DNA of 60,047 nucleotides from Perkinsus olseni (Eukaryota): NCBI GenBank assembly GCA_013115125.1, contig JABANN010000155.1, positions 1 to 60,047 of the forward strand, read 5' to 3'. Shown piece by piece: positions 51,016 to 60,047 of this stretch (position 1 is its first letter; each line of letters starts with the position of its first letter). The notes under the pieces were generated by a model. It saw only the letters and a program-made list of their open reading frames with translations, ran no database searches and was not told where the DNA came from. The position numbers and the translations under genes were made by a program.

Positions 51016-51248
51016 TCGACGTTGGAACATGTTGTTGATCTCGGGAGGGCGTTGAGTGATCACGTCCCCAATTAATTATTAAAACCCGATTAACACAACT
51101 TTCCGAGGGAGCACTGGCTCACTGGAAACCGACCACTCCAAACAGCCTTACAGACCACCTCAGATCACGACGACGCCGATGGAAATCATCAACACGACGA
51201 TGATGACTTTGCCATCGACATCGACGCGCCAAGACGATTTTTCTTAGC

Positions 51249-52246
51249 TTACGAACGGGCAATCTCGTAGACGTAGATGTTGCCATCAGTGCTACCAGCG
51301 AAGAGAGTGTTGCCATCAGCAGACCAGGCGATGGACACAACCCAAGGGAGGGGCGACTTGTACTCGGCAGGAGGGGTGATCTCCTCGAGGACGTTCTTGG
51401 TCTCGAGGTCCCAGACCTTGACACCGGCGTCAGTGGCAGCGCAAAGCCAGTAGTTCTTGGGGGAGAAGCAGAGGGCGTTGATGCTGCTGTTGGCGTCAAG
51501 GGAGTAAAGATGCTTGCCCTCGTTGACATCCCAGAGCATAGCAACGCCGTCTTTGCCGCCGGAAGCGCAGAGAGATCCATCAGGGGAGATGGTGACGTTG
51601 TTGAGGACACCGGTGTGGCCAGCGAGGTTGATGCGGAGCTTGCCGTTGTCAAGGGACCAGACCTTGACGAGCTTGTCCCAGCCGCAGGAGACGATCAGAG
51701 GCTGCTTGGCGGAGGGGGAGAAGCGGACGCAGGAGACCCAGTCGGTGTGCTGGTCATCGACGATGGTGTGACGGCACTCACCCATGGCGTTCCTAAAACA
51801 GACGAAAATCAACAACTTCCCTGGACCAATCCCTCCTTCCAGTATTACCAAATCTTGATGGACTTATCGCGGCCAGCGGAGACGATCTGCCTGTTGTCGG
51901 GGGAGAAGGCGACGGAGAAGACGTCCGAAGTGTGACCGACGAAAGTCTGGACGGTCTTACCCGAGGAGACATCCCAGAGTCTGAGAGTCTTATCCCAAGA
52001 TCCAGAGAGGCAGTACTGAGCATCCGAAGAGAGGGTGACATCAGAGACGGCCTGGTTGTGACCGGTGAGAGAACGACGAGGGAAGCCAGCGGACTCGGAG
52101 TCGTTGGTGAGCTCCCAGATCATGATCTTCTTATCGCGGGAGCCGGAGACGACCATCTTGGGGTCCTCGTAGGTGGTGGCGATGGAGGTGACCCAGTCGG
52201 TATGTCCCTGAAGGACGCCGCGGAACTGCAAATGCTCTTGAGCCAT
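51249..52246 (-). CDS. RACK1: Receptor for activated C kinase 1 (WD40 ribosomal protein); one intron at about 51793-51847
   Basis: [23 protein letters not shown]...SGSRDK...[12 protein letters not shown]...[12 protein letters not shown]...[14 protein letters not shown]...NYWLCAAT. Confidence 0.97.
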
Positions 52247-52316
52247 TCTAAGGTGACGAGCCAAAAGGAGTGGTGAGCTCTCAGTGGGGGTAGCCGTGGA
52301 GCCGAAGGTTCACGCA

Positions 52317-52336
52317 AATCGATCACGTGATCGATT
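52317..52336. promoter_or_regulatory. Perfect 20-bp palindrome with a CACGTG core in the RACK1 divergent promoter
   Basis: aatcgatcacgtgatcgatt, about 70 bp upstream of the RACK1 ATG. Regulatory function is inferred. Confidence 0.45.
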
Positions 52337-52443
52337 ATGCGGAGCGCGGCGCGCATCTGAAGTTGATGCTTGACTCTGACGATGTGGGTCTGGCTTGATG
52401 GTCCGCCGCCTCTGAAAGATACTCGCAAGGTCGGTTACTCGAG

Positions 52444-53210
52444 GATGCCGCCCTTGGTGAGAGTAGCGCAACAGCACGAAAGAAAAAGCAGTCTCAACAA
52501 CTCCGAGGAGAGGGTTAGCAACGCTCGAGGGCAGCAGCAGGACTTTGAACTCCGAGCTGCTCTGTCGATCCCTGATGAAGATGAATCAACGTTAAACTCA
52601 GTAAGGAAGGGTACATCATCAGCAACACAACAAATGCAGGCCGACCAACTCGGAGTGCGACCAACTGCTAGCCTGGTCGAAGACCACACGCCCAGCCATG
52701 CTCACACGCAGATAGCAGCTGCTCAGGGGCCATCAAGAGACCATAACGAGGATGTATGGTGGCCTTCTGAGTGCCATGATATTAGTCCTCGTCTCCTTAG
52801 GTCCACAGTCTTCAGAACCCCTTCGCTCCGTTAGTGTTCCCAGGAGGACAGCCCTTGAGGGCCGCCGCTGAACAACCACTCGACAGATTCCGTCGAGTAC
52901 TTGAAGATCTCCGCGGGAGCAAGCCCACGCATGTGACTTCACTAGAGAACTCCCTTGAGTTGTGGAAAAGATACTATCGGAGTCTCACTCATGAAGACGA
53001 GGACGCCCCTTGTTCGAGTATCGGTCGGCACTCCAGTGGAAGGCTCAAAGCGTACTTGCGCAGAATGGATGGCATCATACTTTGACACGACGTCATGTCA
53101 TTGCCCTGTTCGCTCGAGTTCAGTGCTGCCACATCCTGACCCGTCTGCTGTGCCGCGGCAGTGGTAGTGTTTCGGCGGTCTTGCACCGCCTTGAGTGTGG
53201 ATCCCATTAA
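52444..53210 (+). CDS. Hypothetical protein, multi-exon; boundaries uncertain
   Basis: Divergent from RACK1. Consecutive open frames (MPPLVRVAQQ...; FRRVLEDLR...LELWKRYYRSL) are separated by gt...ag segments. Confidence 0.35.
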
Positions 53211-53789
53211 GAGGGAATGAGTGGCATCGGAACAGTGGCGGTGCTCTGGCAGCTAACTGAATAACGCAACACAGGGCTCCTCGTTAAACTGCAGGCACAT
53301 CGGCATCAAGTCTAAGTCGGCCGGCGATGGCGTTGGACTTCGAACTGACACACACCTCATGAAAACTCGTCCTTCACCGTCGTCCTTCATGAGAGAACGT
53401 CCACGAACCGGTAACGAAGACCCTCGCAAGTAGGGAGAAGCGCAAGTAATAATGATGAGGAAAGTGGCTCGGCAATCATCAGGCGATCACTATGTGGGAC
53501 CCGTGATTGGGCTGGAACAGTTTTCAGAATTGATGTGGACTGAAGGCTTCAGACGACCAGGAATAGCGGAAATCTCGGCTGTGCAGGGTAGTTATGTTAA
53601 CGGGTGTTGGTCGAGTATCTATTGGACGGTATTAACACAACGTTATTGTAATGGGAAACTCTCATGCTGCGTCATAACTCCTCTTCCTCGTCATCTTTCC
53701 TCTCTATTATGTCTATCGTCGCAGCTTCACGGAGGAAGTATCTGCCTTAGGACTAGCGTGGCCGCCGACTGGTGGTGAGACGATCAAAG

Positions 53790-56237
53790 TTGATGACGAT
53801 GATGACCACTAAGGTCTAGGGCCGTCGATAATAATTTTGTTCGAATTACGAGGCAACCTTTGTCGCTGAGTGTGAGCGTGTTCGTGCCAGTCTCGACTTA
53901 GACTCTTGCCGATGTTCTGGTTCGTGACGAACCGTTCTTCGAACGCTGAGGGCGCAACGCACTCACCCGAGTGTCCATTCAAGCTCAACATCATCAACAG
54001 GATGCCCAATCATAATACTCGTTAAATTCATATCCTGAAAGAAGCTGACCACAATAGTTAGCCACGGCAGTACTACTCTGAGCAGCTCTCCTGCGTAACA
54101 GATATCGGCGCACCGGCCTCGAGCTTCGACTAAGTGCTGAGTATTGGGGTGAGATGTGAATCTGAGGACAGTGAATCACCCTTCCAGCTCCATCAAGGTC
54201 GGAGGGAAACTGAGAGTAGCATTGATAGAGGTGATTAACAAGCGTTAACAGGAGCTCGACACCACTGAAGGTGTCGTGACTGAAGGCTGGAGTCGAAGTA
54301 CGGCATACCGTGAATGGTTGAACGGCGTGCTGCAGACAGCCTCGGAGGCTGCATAGAGGAGATCATCGACCGTGACATGAGGGTAGGAGGGGATCTCTGA
54401 TAACAAGACAGGTGTCTCCACTCGAGGAGAAACCATTACGACCTTCAAGCCAATGGGCGAAGTCAATTGCGTAGACGAATAAACCAATACCGATGTAGTC
54501 TGTGTCGCGCGCCACAAAATCCGCAAGTACTGGGCCGCGGTGCCTGAGACGAAGCTGGTGGTGTTCTCCATCCGAGAAGATGATGCAGTACTCGTCAAGA
54601 TACTCCCTGAGCAAGCCTCGACATCCATCAGCATTACCAACCGACCCTTCCTCGGCGTAGATGCACAGATGCTCCTCGGCTGGTCCTGAAGCCACCGGAT
54701 GGCCGCGTCTTTCTTCTCTCCATCCAGTAGCATGTCGGAAAGGATTGATGAGCGTTGAAGACAGTTTACTACAATCCGCGTCGATTGAGTTGTTCACTTT
54801 CGAAGTGGATCCATTTCTTCATGTTCCTCTCGCCAATGCCCAAACTGACCACCTCGACCAACGACTCCTCCTCCTCATCAGACGGTCCTCTCGACAGCTG
54901 CAATGCCTCGATGGAATTCCTGAAGGTAGATAAAACTAAATCGGCATCTCACCGCAGCGGGATTCACAAAGCGTCCCGAAATCGACGTTCCTGAAAATGT
55001 TCCCGGTCTGGCGGTTTCTGATGGGCCCCGATACGCGAGAAAGCAAGATTACAATTATCAACATCAGGACGAAGCTGCTCAACTACTACAGCGGTGGCAT
55101 GGGTGGGTTGGAGATCTCCAGACTTCTCCCGCCCAGATCCAGCACCCCCACTTCCCCATGGTAGAGGAAGCTCACACTGGTCAATGCGTACAACGCCTCG
55201 AGCTCGCCTGAGGGGACGGCAGGACTAGTGGTGCGTCTCTCGGGGCACAACTATCTTGGTAGGACGAGCGATATTATCGATAGAATAAGTGTCCACTAAA
55301 CCAGTCTACAAAATGACATCACAGCGAGTTCAGGGCCCGAGACGGCTTTACTGTATCATTGAAGTTAGAGTTTGTAATTTAGTTCACTCCTCGCCAAGAG
55401 GCATTGCGAGCGAGCATAACATCCACGCGAGATTATTAGTAGAAAATTACGTAGAAGCACGGCAGCAAGAGAAGAACAGACTCGGTGGTTATTTCTGGGG
55501 AGCAGAGGGAGTCCTACCAGGAATGTCTCCAACCTCGATGGACACTCTCGGCAACTTGGCCGTCAATTCACGTTTGAGACGAGCCCAAAGATCCTCCCTG
55601 CTGGTGGCATTCATCCGTCTGATGCCGCCCGTTCCCAAGAGGGACAGTCCTGAGGAAACATGAGGGTATAATTCCCCATGATGGCTCCGATGAGAAGGTC
55701 CGAAGCTGAAGCAAAGTGGCGAGCGAGAGTGAGACAGTAGATGGAAAATTGGATTCCAGAAGGCGAAACGCGAGTTTTGTGTCCTCAATCAGTCGGTCTC
55801 TTAACAAATCAGATGCCAATGATGCCTGGAAGTATGATAAATTGTCTCGATTCTGCCATCCAGTTTCGATCATGAAGCAGAGGCATGGTGAGTTTTCCCT
55901 ACCCGACTCCGAACGAACCCCGTCAATTACCATGCCAAGTGGCAATACTCCCATCACCCTCCACTTGCTCTATTATCGGCTCAACAGCCTCGGCTAGGTC
56001 AGCCGCCAGGACGTCCTCGAGCGTGCCCGACCTCCACTGCGTTGACGCTCCGGGCGTGAGGGTCGTGACCTTCCTCACGGCGAGGTCAGTGAGTTTCTCC
56101 CCGCCCTGTTCGACGTCAACTTGATAGAAGAAAATTCTAGTGCCGGTAGAGCCGCAGTCGCCGACCAGACCAGCGTGTTTCTTTGAGCTCACAGTGACAG
56201 TCAGTAAGAGTAAAAAAATGATGGGATGAAATGTCAT
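53790..56237 (-). CDS. GDA1/CD39-family apyrase (NTPDase) with signal peptide; 3' end approximate
   Basis: MTFHPIIFLLLLTVTVSS, ACR1 VGDCGSTGTR, ACR2 LGTGGIRR, ACR3 IPG|ELEALYA, ACR4 GVLDLGGRSLEI and ACR5 VELEWTL. Confidence 0.85.
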
Positions 56238-56301
56238 TATAAGAAACTGCGTCCGGGGCAAAGATTACAGCGGACAGCTTCGCATGAGGAGGAGCAACGA
56301 C

Positions 56302-56326
56302 CCAGGTTCGAATCCTGAACCCGTCA
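56302..56326 (+). other. tRNA-3'-end-like / B-box element upstream of the apyrase gene
   Basis: CGAC CCAGG TTCGAAT CCTGA ACCCGTC A. No 5' half. Confidence 0.7.
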
Positions 56327-57319
56327 CTCCGTGTGTCCTAGAGGTTCCCTCTCGATCGTTCTAGATCGCACGACACTAATGTGGATGAGTGGTACTGAAT
56401 CCGGAGAGTTTTAAATGCCGACTGGCAAGCATCTGGCCAGTCAGGGAGCCTCAGCCTCAGTGAGGGTAACGGATATTCTTCCTCTGTTGTCATTCACATG
56501 AGATTCAACCACCCACGATCTGTTACTGTGTGACTATTGGCTCCGCTCCTTTCTAATGGATACTCCCTAATGAACTAGGGACAGCACGCCTGCAGAAAGT
56601 CCTTTGTACTTGCCTTGTCTTTATTTCGTCTCCTCCCAAGGAGTCGTGTTACAGAGCAGTTGGGCAACGATACGAACGGGCAACAATCTCAACCTTCTAC
56701 ACTACTCACAGTCGAAACTTGAACTGCGCGGGAGTTCGTACGCATCACAAATTTTGTTGCTCACTCTTCAACACGACTCACCACGGCGGGAAGGGGGCGT
56801 CCGCGCACCAGAGACCCCACTCGAGGGTATCGACGCACAATCCGTCCGTCGGAACTGAATACGTCACCAGCAAGGAGCTTGTAAAATGCTGCCGTTCTGA
56901 GTCGACGGAAAACTCAGACTAGAGGCCACCGAGTTCCCTTCTACCTCGCCGAGAAAGAACGCTGGTCGTTCACAACGCGTTGTTGAGTATGTCTGTGTCC
57001 AGCAGGTATGATGCTACTAATGACGGTTCCCTCAGCCGTAGTGCTAATATATACTCTACTTGTCACACGATACAACTATCCAGCTCTGATAGTGAGAACG
57101 CTCACTGCGGTGGCCCGATGAACATCTTTCGTCGAGTAATAGCGACACCTAGCCGTGTTCCCCCCACACTGAGTAAGGTGTCGATCCTCTGCAGAAGTCC
57201 TCCCGTAAAGACCATCAATCTGGCACTTGATAAATCAACAACCATCCTTAGGTAATAAACCTTCTTTCCCAGTAGGATTTATCGTTACTAATATCATTGA
57301 TATTGACAAATGATGAAAT

Positions 57320-58989
57320 TCATGCTTCAATGGGCTTCTCTTCCCATCCGTGTTTCCTCTTCCAAGCGAACGCCGCCATCTTCAATGCCTCCTTACGATC
57401 ATTATAACCACCTGAAAACTCCACCAATACCGCGAATTCAATATGAAAAATTTTAAATCTACCATTGTGGTAGTAATGCCGCATTTAATCATGTATGATC
57501 CAGTTGGATACTATCCTCGCTGAAGCATTCAAAAAGTTCTGTAACCCGAACATCAAAGACCAAATATGCGAAAAATTCCGTTGAAACCGAGCAGAAGACC
57601 AAAAACCTTACACTGCATTTCAGCTTCAGGTGAAATGATGCCCGCCAACTTGATGAGCGACTTAGACACGAAATTTCGAACAACCTTCGTCTCCCTGGCG
57701 GCTTGGGCCACTTCCGATATCAACGCCCCTGAAAAGGAGGCCCTCCCTCCCCGGGTGATGGTATCGAGACTTACCCAATTCAACGAAGGTTCCTTCAGAA
57801 GGGTGCAAGAAAAGATCATCGAGGCTGCAGCTGAACTCGATATTCCAACCCTCCCTCCACTTCCTCACCTGAAACTACTATTCCCTCAATCCCCCCACGG
57901 CCTCTCTAATTGATCTATCTACTGTGAGACGCTCTCACAGTACAGTATAATGCGAGTCACGACTCTAGTTAAGAATATCATTTCCCCAATGGATGGCTTC
58001 ACTCGACTGATTTATCTACCACCACCTGTGGGAGGGCTTATTACATTTTTAGGAGTGCCTTGCCACTTGAGGATCGGATCGTCGGGGAAGTTGAGGATTT
58101 CATCAACCAAAGACTTGAACTTCCACGCACCTGGGGAAACGTGCAGGACGATTTTTTCCAGAATTCCCTCCGATATTTGTCGGCCAAGCAATACCAAACT
58201 CCTACCAGCCATGCCGAGGTCCTGCGTATTCCACACAAGACGATCGTCATCAACTCGATCCAGACGACCCATGAACAGCTCAGAATTGTTCAAGTGGGCT
58301 ATCAGAACCTCACAGGCCAATCTTCGGCTCGGTTGCATGATCACCAGCTCCGTGGATTTGCTGCCGATATCGGCCACCAAACTCCCACCGGGCACTGGCG
58401 AAAAGAAATGAAAAATCGCGCATCCTTATCGAGTGAGCCAGTTCTCACGTTCGTTGAGCCGTCCGAACAGAATCAGCATGATAGCGGTGATGTAGGCAAC
58501 CGACATCCACTAAGACGAGGGGATGGGAAATTAAAGAGAGGTTCTTCCCTCACCGAAGCGTTCTTGAAAGCTCTAGTACTACTAGAGGAGCCCGAGACGA
58601 GGCCGCCGGTCGGCACCACGATGGTGTCCTTCTCTCCCTGGTCCACATTCTCCCAAGTTGGATCCAGATCGACTGACTCTTCGGTAGGGGTGTTGGAGCA
58701 AAGGGAGATCTCATCGACGTAGAGGATGTCATCTGAAAAAGGAACAAGTACTCAAGCGGTTTATGAGTCTAGGAAACCACAATTAAAATTTCGACTCCGA
58801 TTAATTCGCGAGATGACTATAATCTTTTTACTAACAACTGCACCAATACAGTCACCATAACGTAAGTCGATCATGTATCATCCCGCTTTGATCGCGAACA
58901 GTGACCCAAGTGACCACATGGCGACCATAATTACACAGGAATGATCCACGAATGAGCGGTTCGACGTTGGGAGAGTAACTCCGAGCCAT
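57320..58989 (-). CDS. Hypothetical protein, multi-exon; may extend further 5'
   Basis: Exon-like frames bounded by gt/ag: DDILYVDEISLCS..., VPGGSLVADIGSKSTEL...ILEKIVLHVSPG, and a final GGYNDRKEALKMAAFAWKRKHGWEEKPIEA*. Confidence 0.4.
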
Positions 58990-59354
58990 CACATCTCACA
59001 CCCGAAGGCCACGACGATGATCTTCATCAACTCCAGTCCGTTCGCTCACTTCGAAACTCCCTCACAACTGCCATTATTACTACTACGCTCAGCTCGTCAT
59101 TCCAAAATACTGAGCTACTACCAACTCCTAAAAATGCTTTCCTGGGTCCGAAATATCATTCGTCAATTTAAACGACTAGCTCCGCCCGCCTCGGGAGGGG
59201 ACACAGACGAGCGAGAGCCCCCACTTCGACTACTACCACTAACTTTCACGAAGTCCAAATTTGGGGACGCCGAGCCATCAGAGGGCACCTCTACTGGTGG
59301 CGGCATGCCGAGGGCGGTTGAATATCACTTTTGTATCCTGAACACTAAAATAAA

Positions 59355-59584
59355 CACCACCTGTGGGATTCGAACCCGAGTCCTTCCCTTGCTCGTCAAT
59401 TGAAGAACGCGAAATACGCAAGGAGTGGTATTGGAAGCTCAGCGATAACGGTGAGGTGAGGAGTAATAGACCAGAGGAAGCGATGGACGAGCGCCAACAG
59501 GCGATCACGCTTCATGGAACCTTCAACCAGAAACAGCGAAGAAGGAACATCAATAAAAATGCCTTCGCCGGGGATCGAACCCGA
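59355..59584 (-). other. Two tRNA-3'-end-like / B-box elements (59355-59379 and 59560-59584)
   Basis: rc GGAC TCGGG TTCGAAT CCCAC AGGTGGT G TTTATTTT and GGTA TCGGG TTCGATC CCCGG CGAAGGC A TTTTT. Confidence 0.75.
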
Positions 59585-60047
59585 TACCTTAGAGGTGTCG
59601 GGAAAAGTAACACATCGAAACGAGCTCGACATGATGTCAATCACTTGAGAACTGGAAAGGGATAAAAATAGCAGACAGCAGAAGTTGAGGGAATTTTACT
59701 ATTATAAATACAATCGCCAATATTATGCAGCATTCGGGTAGAGTTGACGGTCGCTCATGAAAGTACTGTTCATAACTATGGAGGAGCCTGTTGCTACCAC
59801 TACCGCTACATTGGAAAAAATAAAAGCAACATTCATCACTAATTCACGATACTGGTACGGTATCTGAGAAAATGAAAAAAAGGTGAAAACGGCGCTACTA
59901 CGCTCCGCTTATCAAATACCAGCAAGGGGGGGGGGGGGGGGACCCGCCCCCCATAGATTTTACCCCTACGTTGTTTTAAACGGGCGGTGTATAAAAAAGG
60001 GGCAAAAATTAACCCGGGTTAAAACATTTAAAAAAGGATAAAAAAAA

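Noticed and set aside
52255-52275. Possible spliced-leader relic (ttttggctc on the - strand) upstream of RACK1
   Set aside because: Only about 9 nt match the dinoflagellate/perkinsid leader, and the CCGTAGCCA part is absent.
58060-58722. + strand 220-aa ORF with HQLR, suggesting a tyrosine recombinase or DIRS element
   Set aside because: No other catalytic residues, RT motifs or terminal repeats. The - strand has proper splice signals and is the likelier gene.
59880-60047. Poly-G and A-rich terminus as a telomere or G-quadruplex
   Set aside because: No regular telomeric repeat. It looks like low-quality contig-end sequence.

Overview
Gene-dense eukaryotic DNA with many short (about 40-60 nt) GT-AG introns and an occasional GC-AG intron. 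It is probably an alveolate protist, most like Perkinsus (inferred from architecture and gene content only). In order: (1) a housekeeping cluster at 1-10.7 kb on the + strand, with a DUF900-type alpha/beta hydrolase, SRRM1/SRm160 PWI protein, SDHAF2/Sdh5 and a DDX55/Spb4 helicase; (2) an IQCH-like gene that appears to host a nested antisense gene; (3) a - strand array of six secreted alkaline-phosphatase-superfamily (type I phosphodiesterase-like) genes plus a fragment, interspersed with a TylF-like methyltransferase and its truncated duplicate; (4) CDC27/APC3; (5) a cluster of about seven small secreted proteins, six sharing a 4-Cys pattern; (6) RACK1, a GDA1/CD39 apyrase and hypothetical genes. 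The most unusual signal is about 20 dispersed 25-nt elements that read as the 3' end of a tRNA gene: variable-loop remnant, T-arm/B-box, exactly 7 nt, a discriminator base, and often oligo-T. None has a 5' half. Most lie inside tiny spliceosomal introns, in either orientation, often touching the splice signals. Exon boundaries were read by eye and gene ends are approximate.
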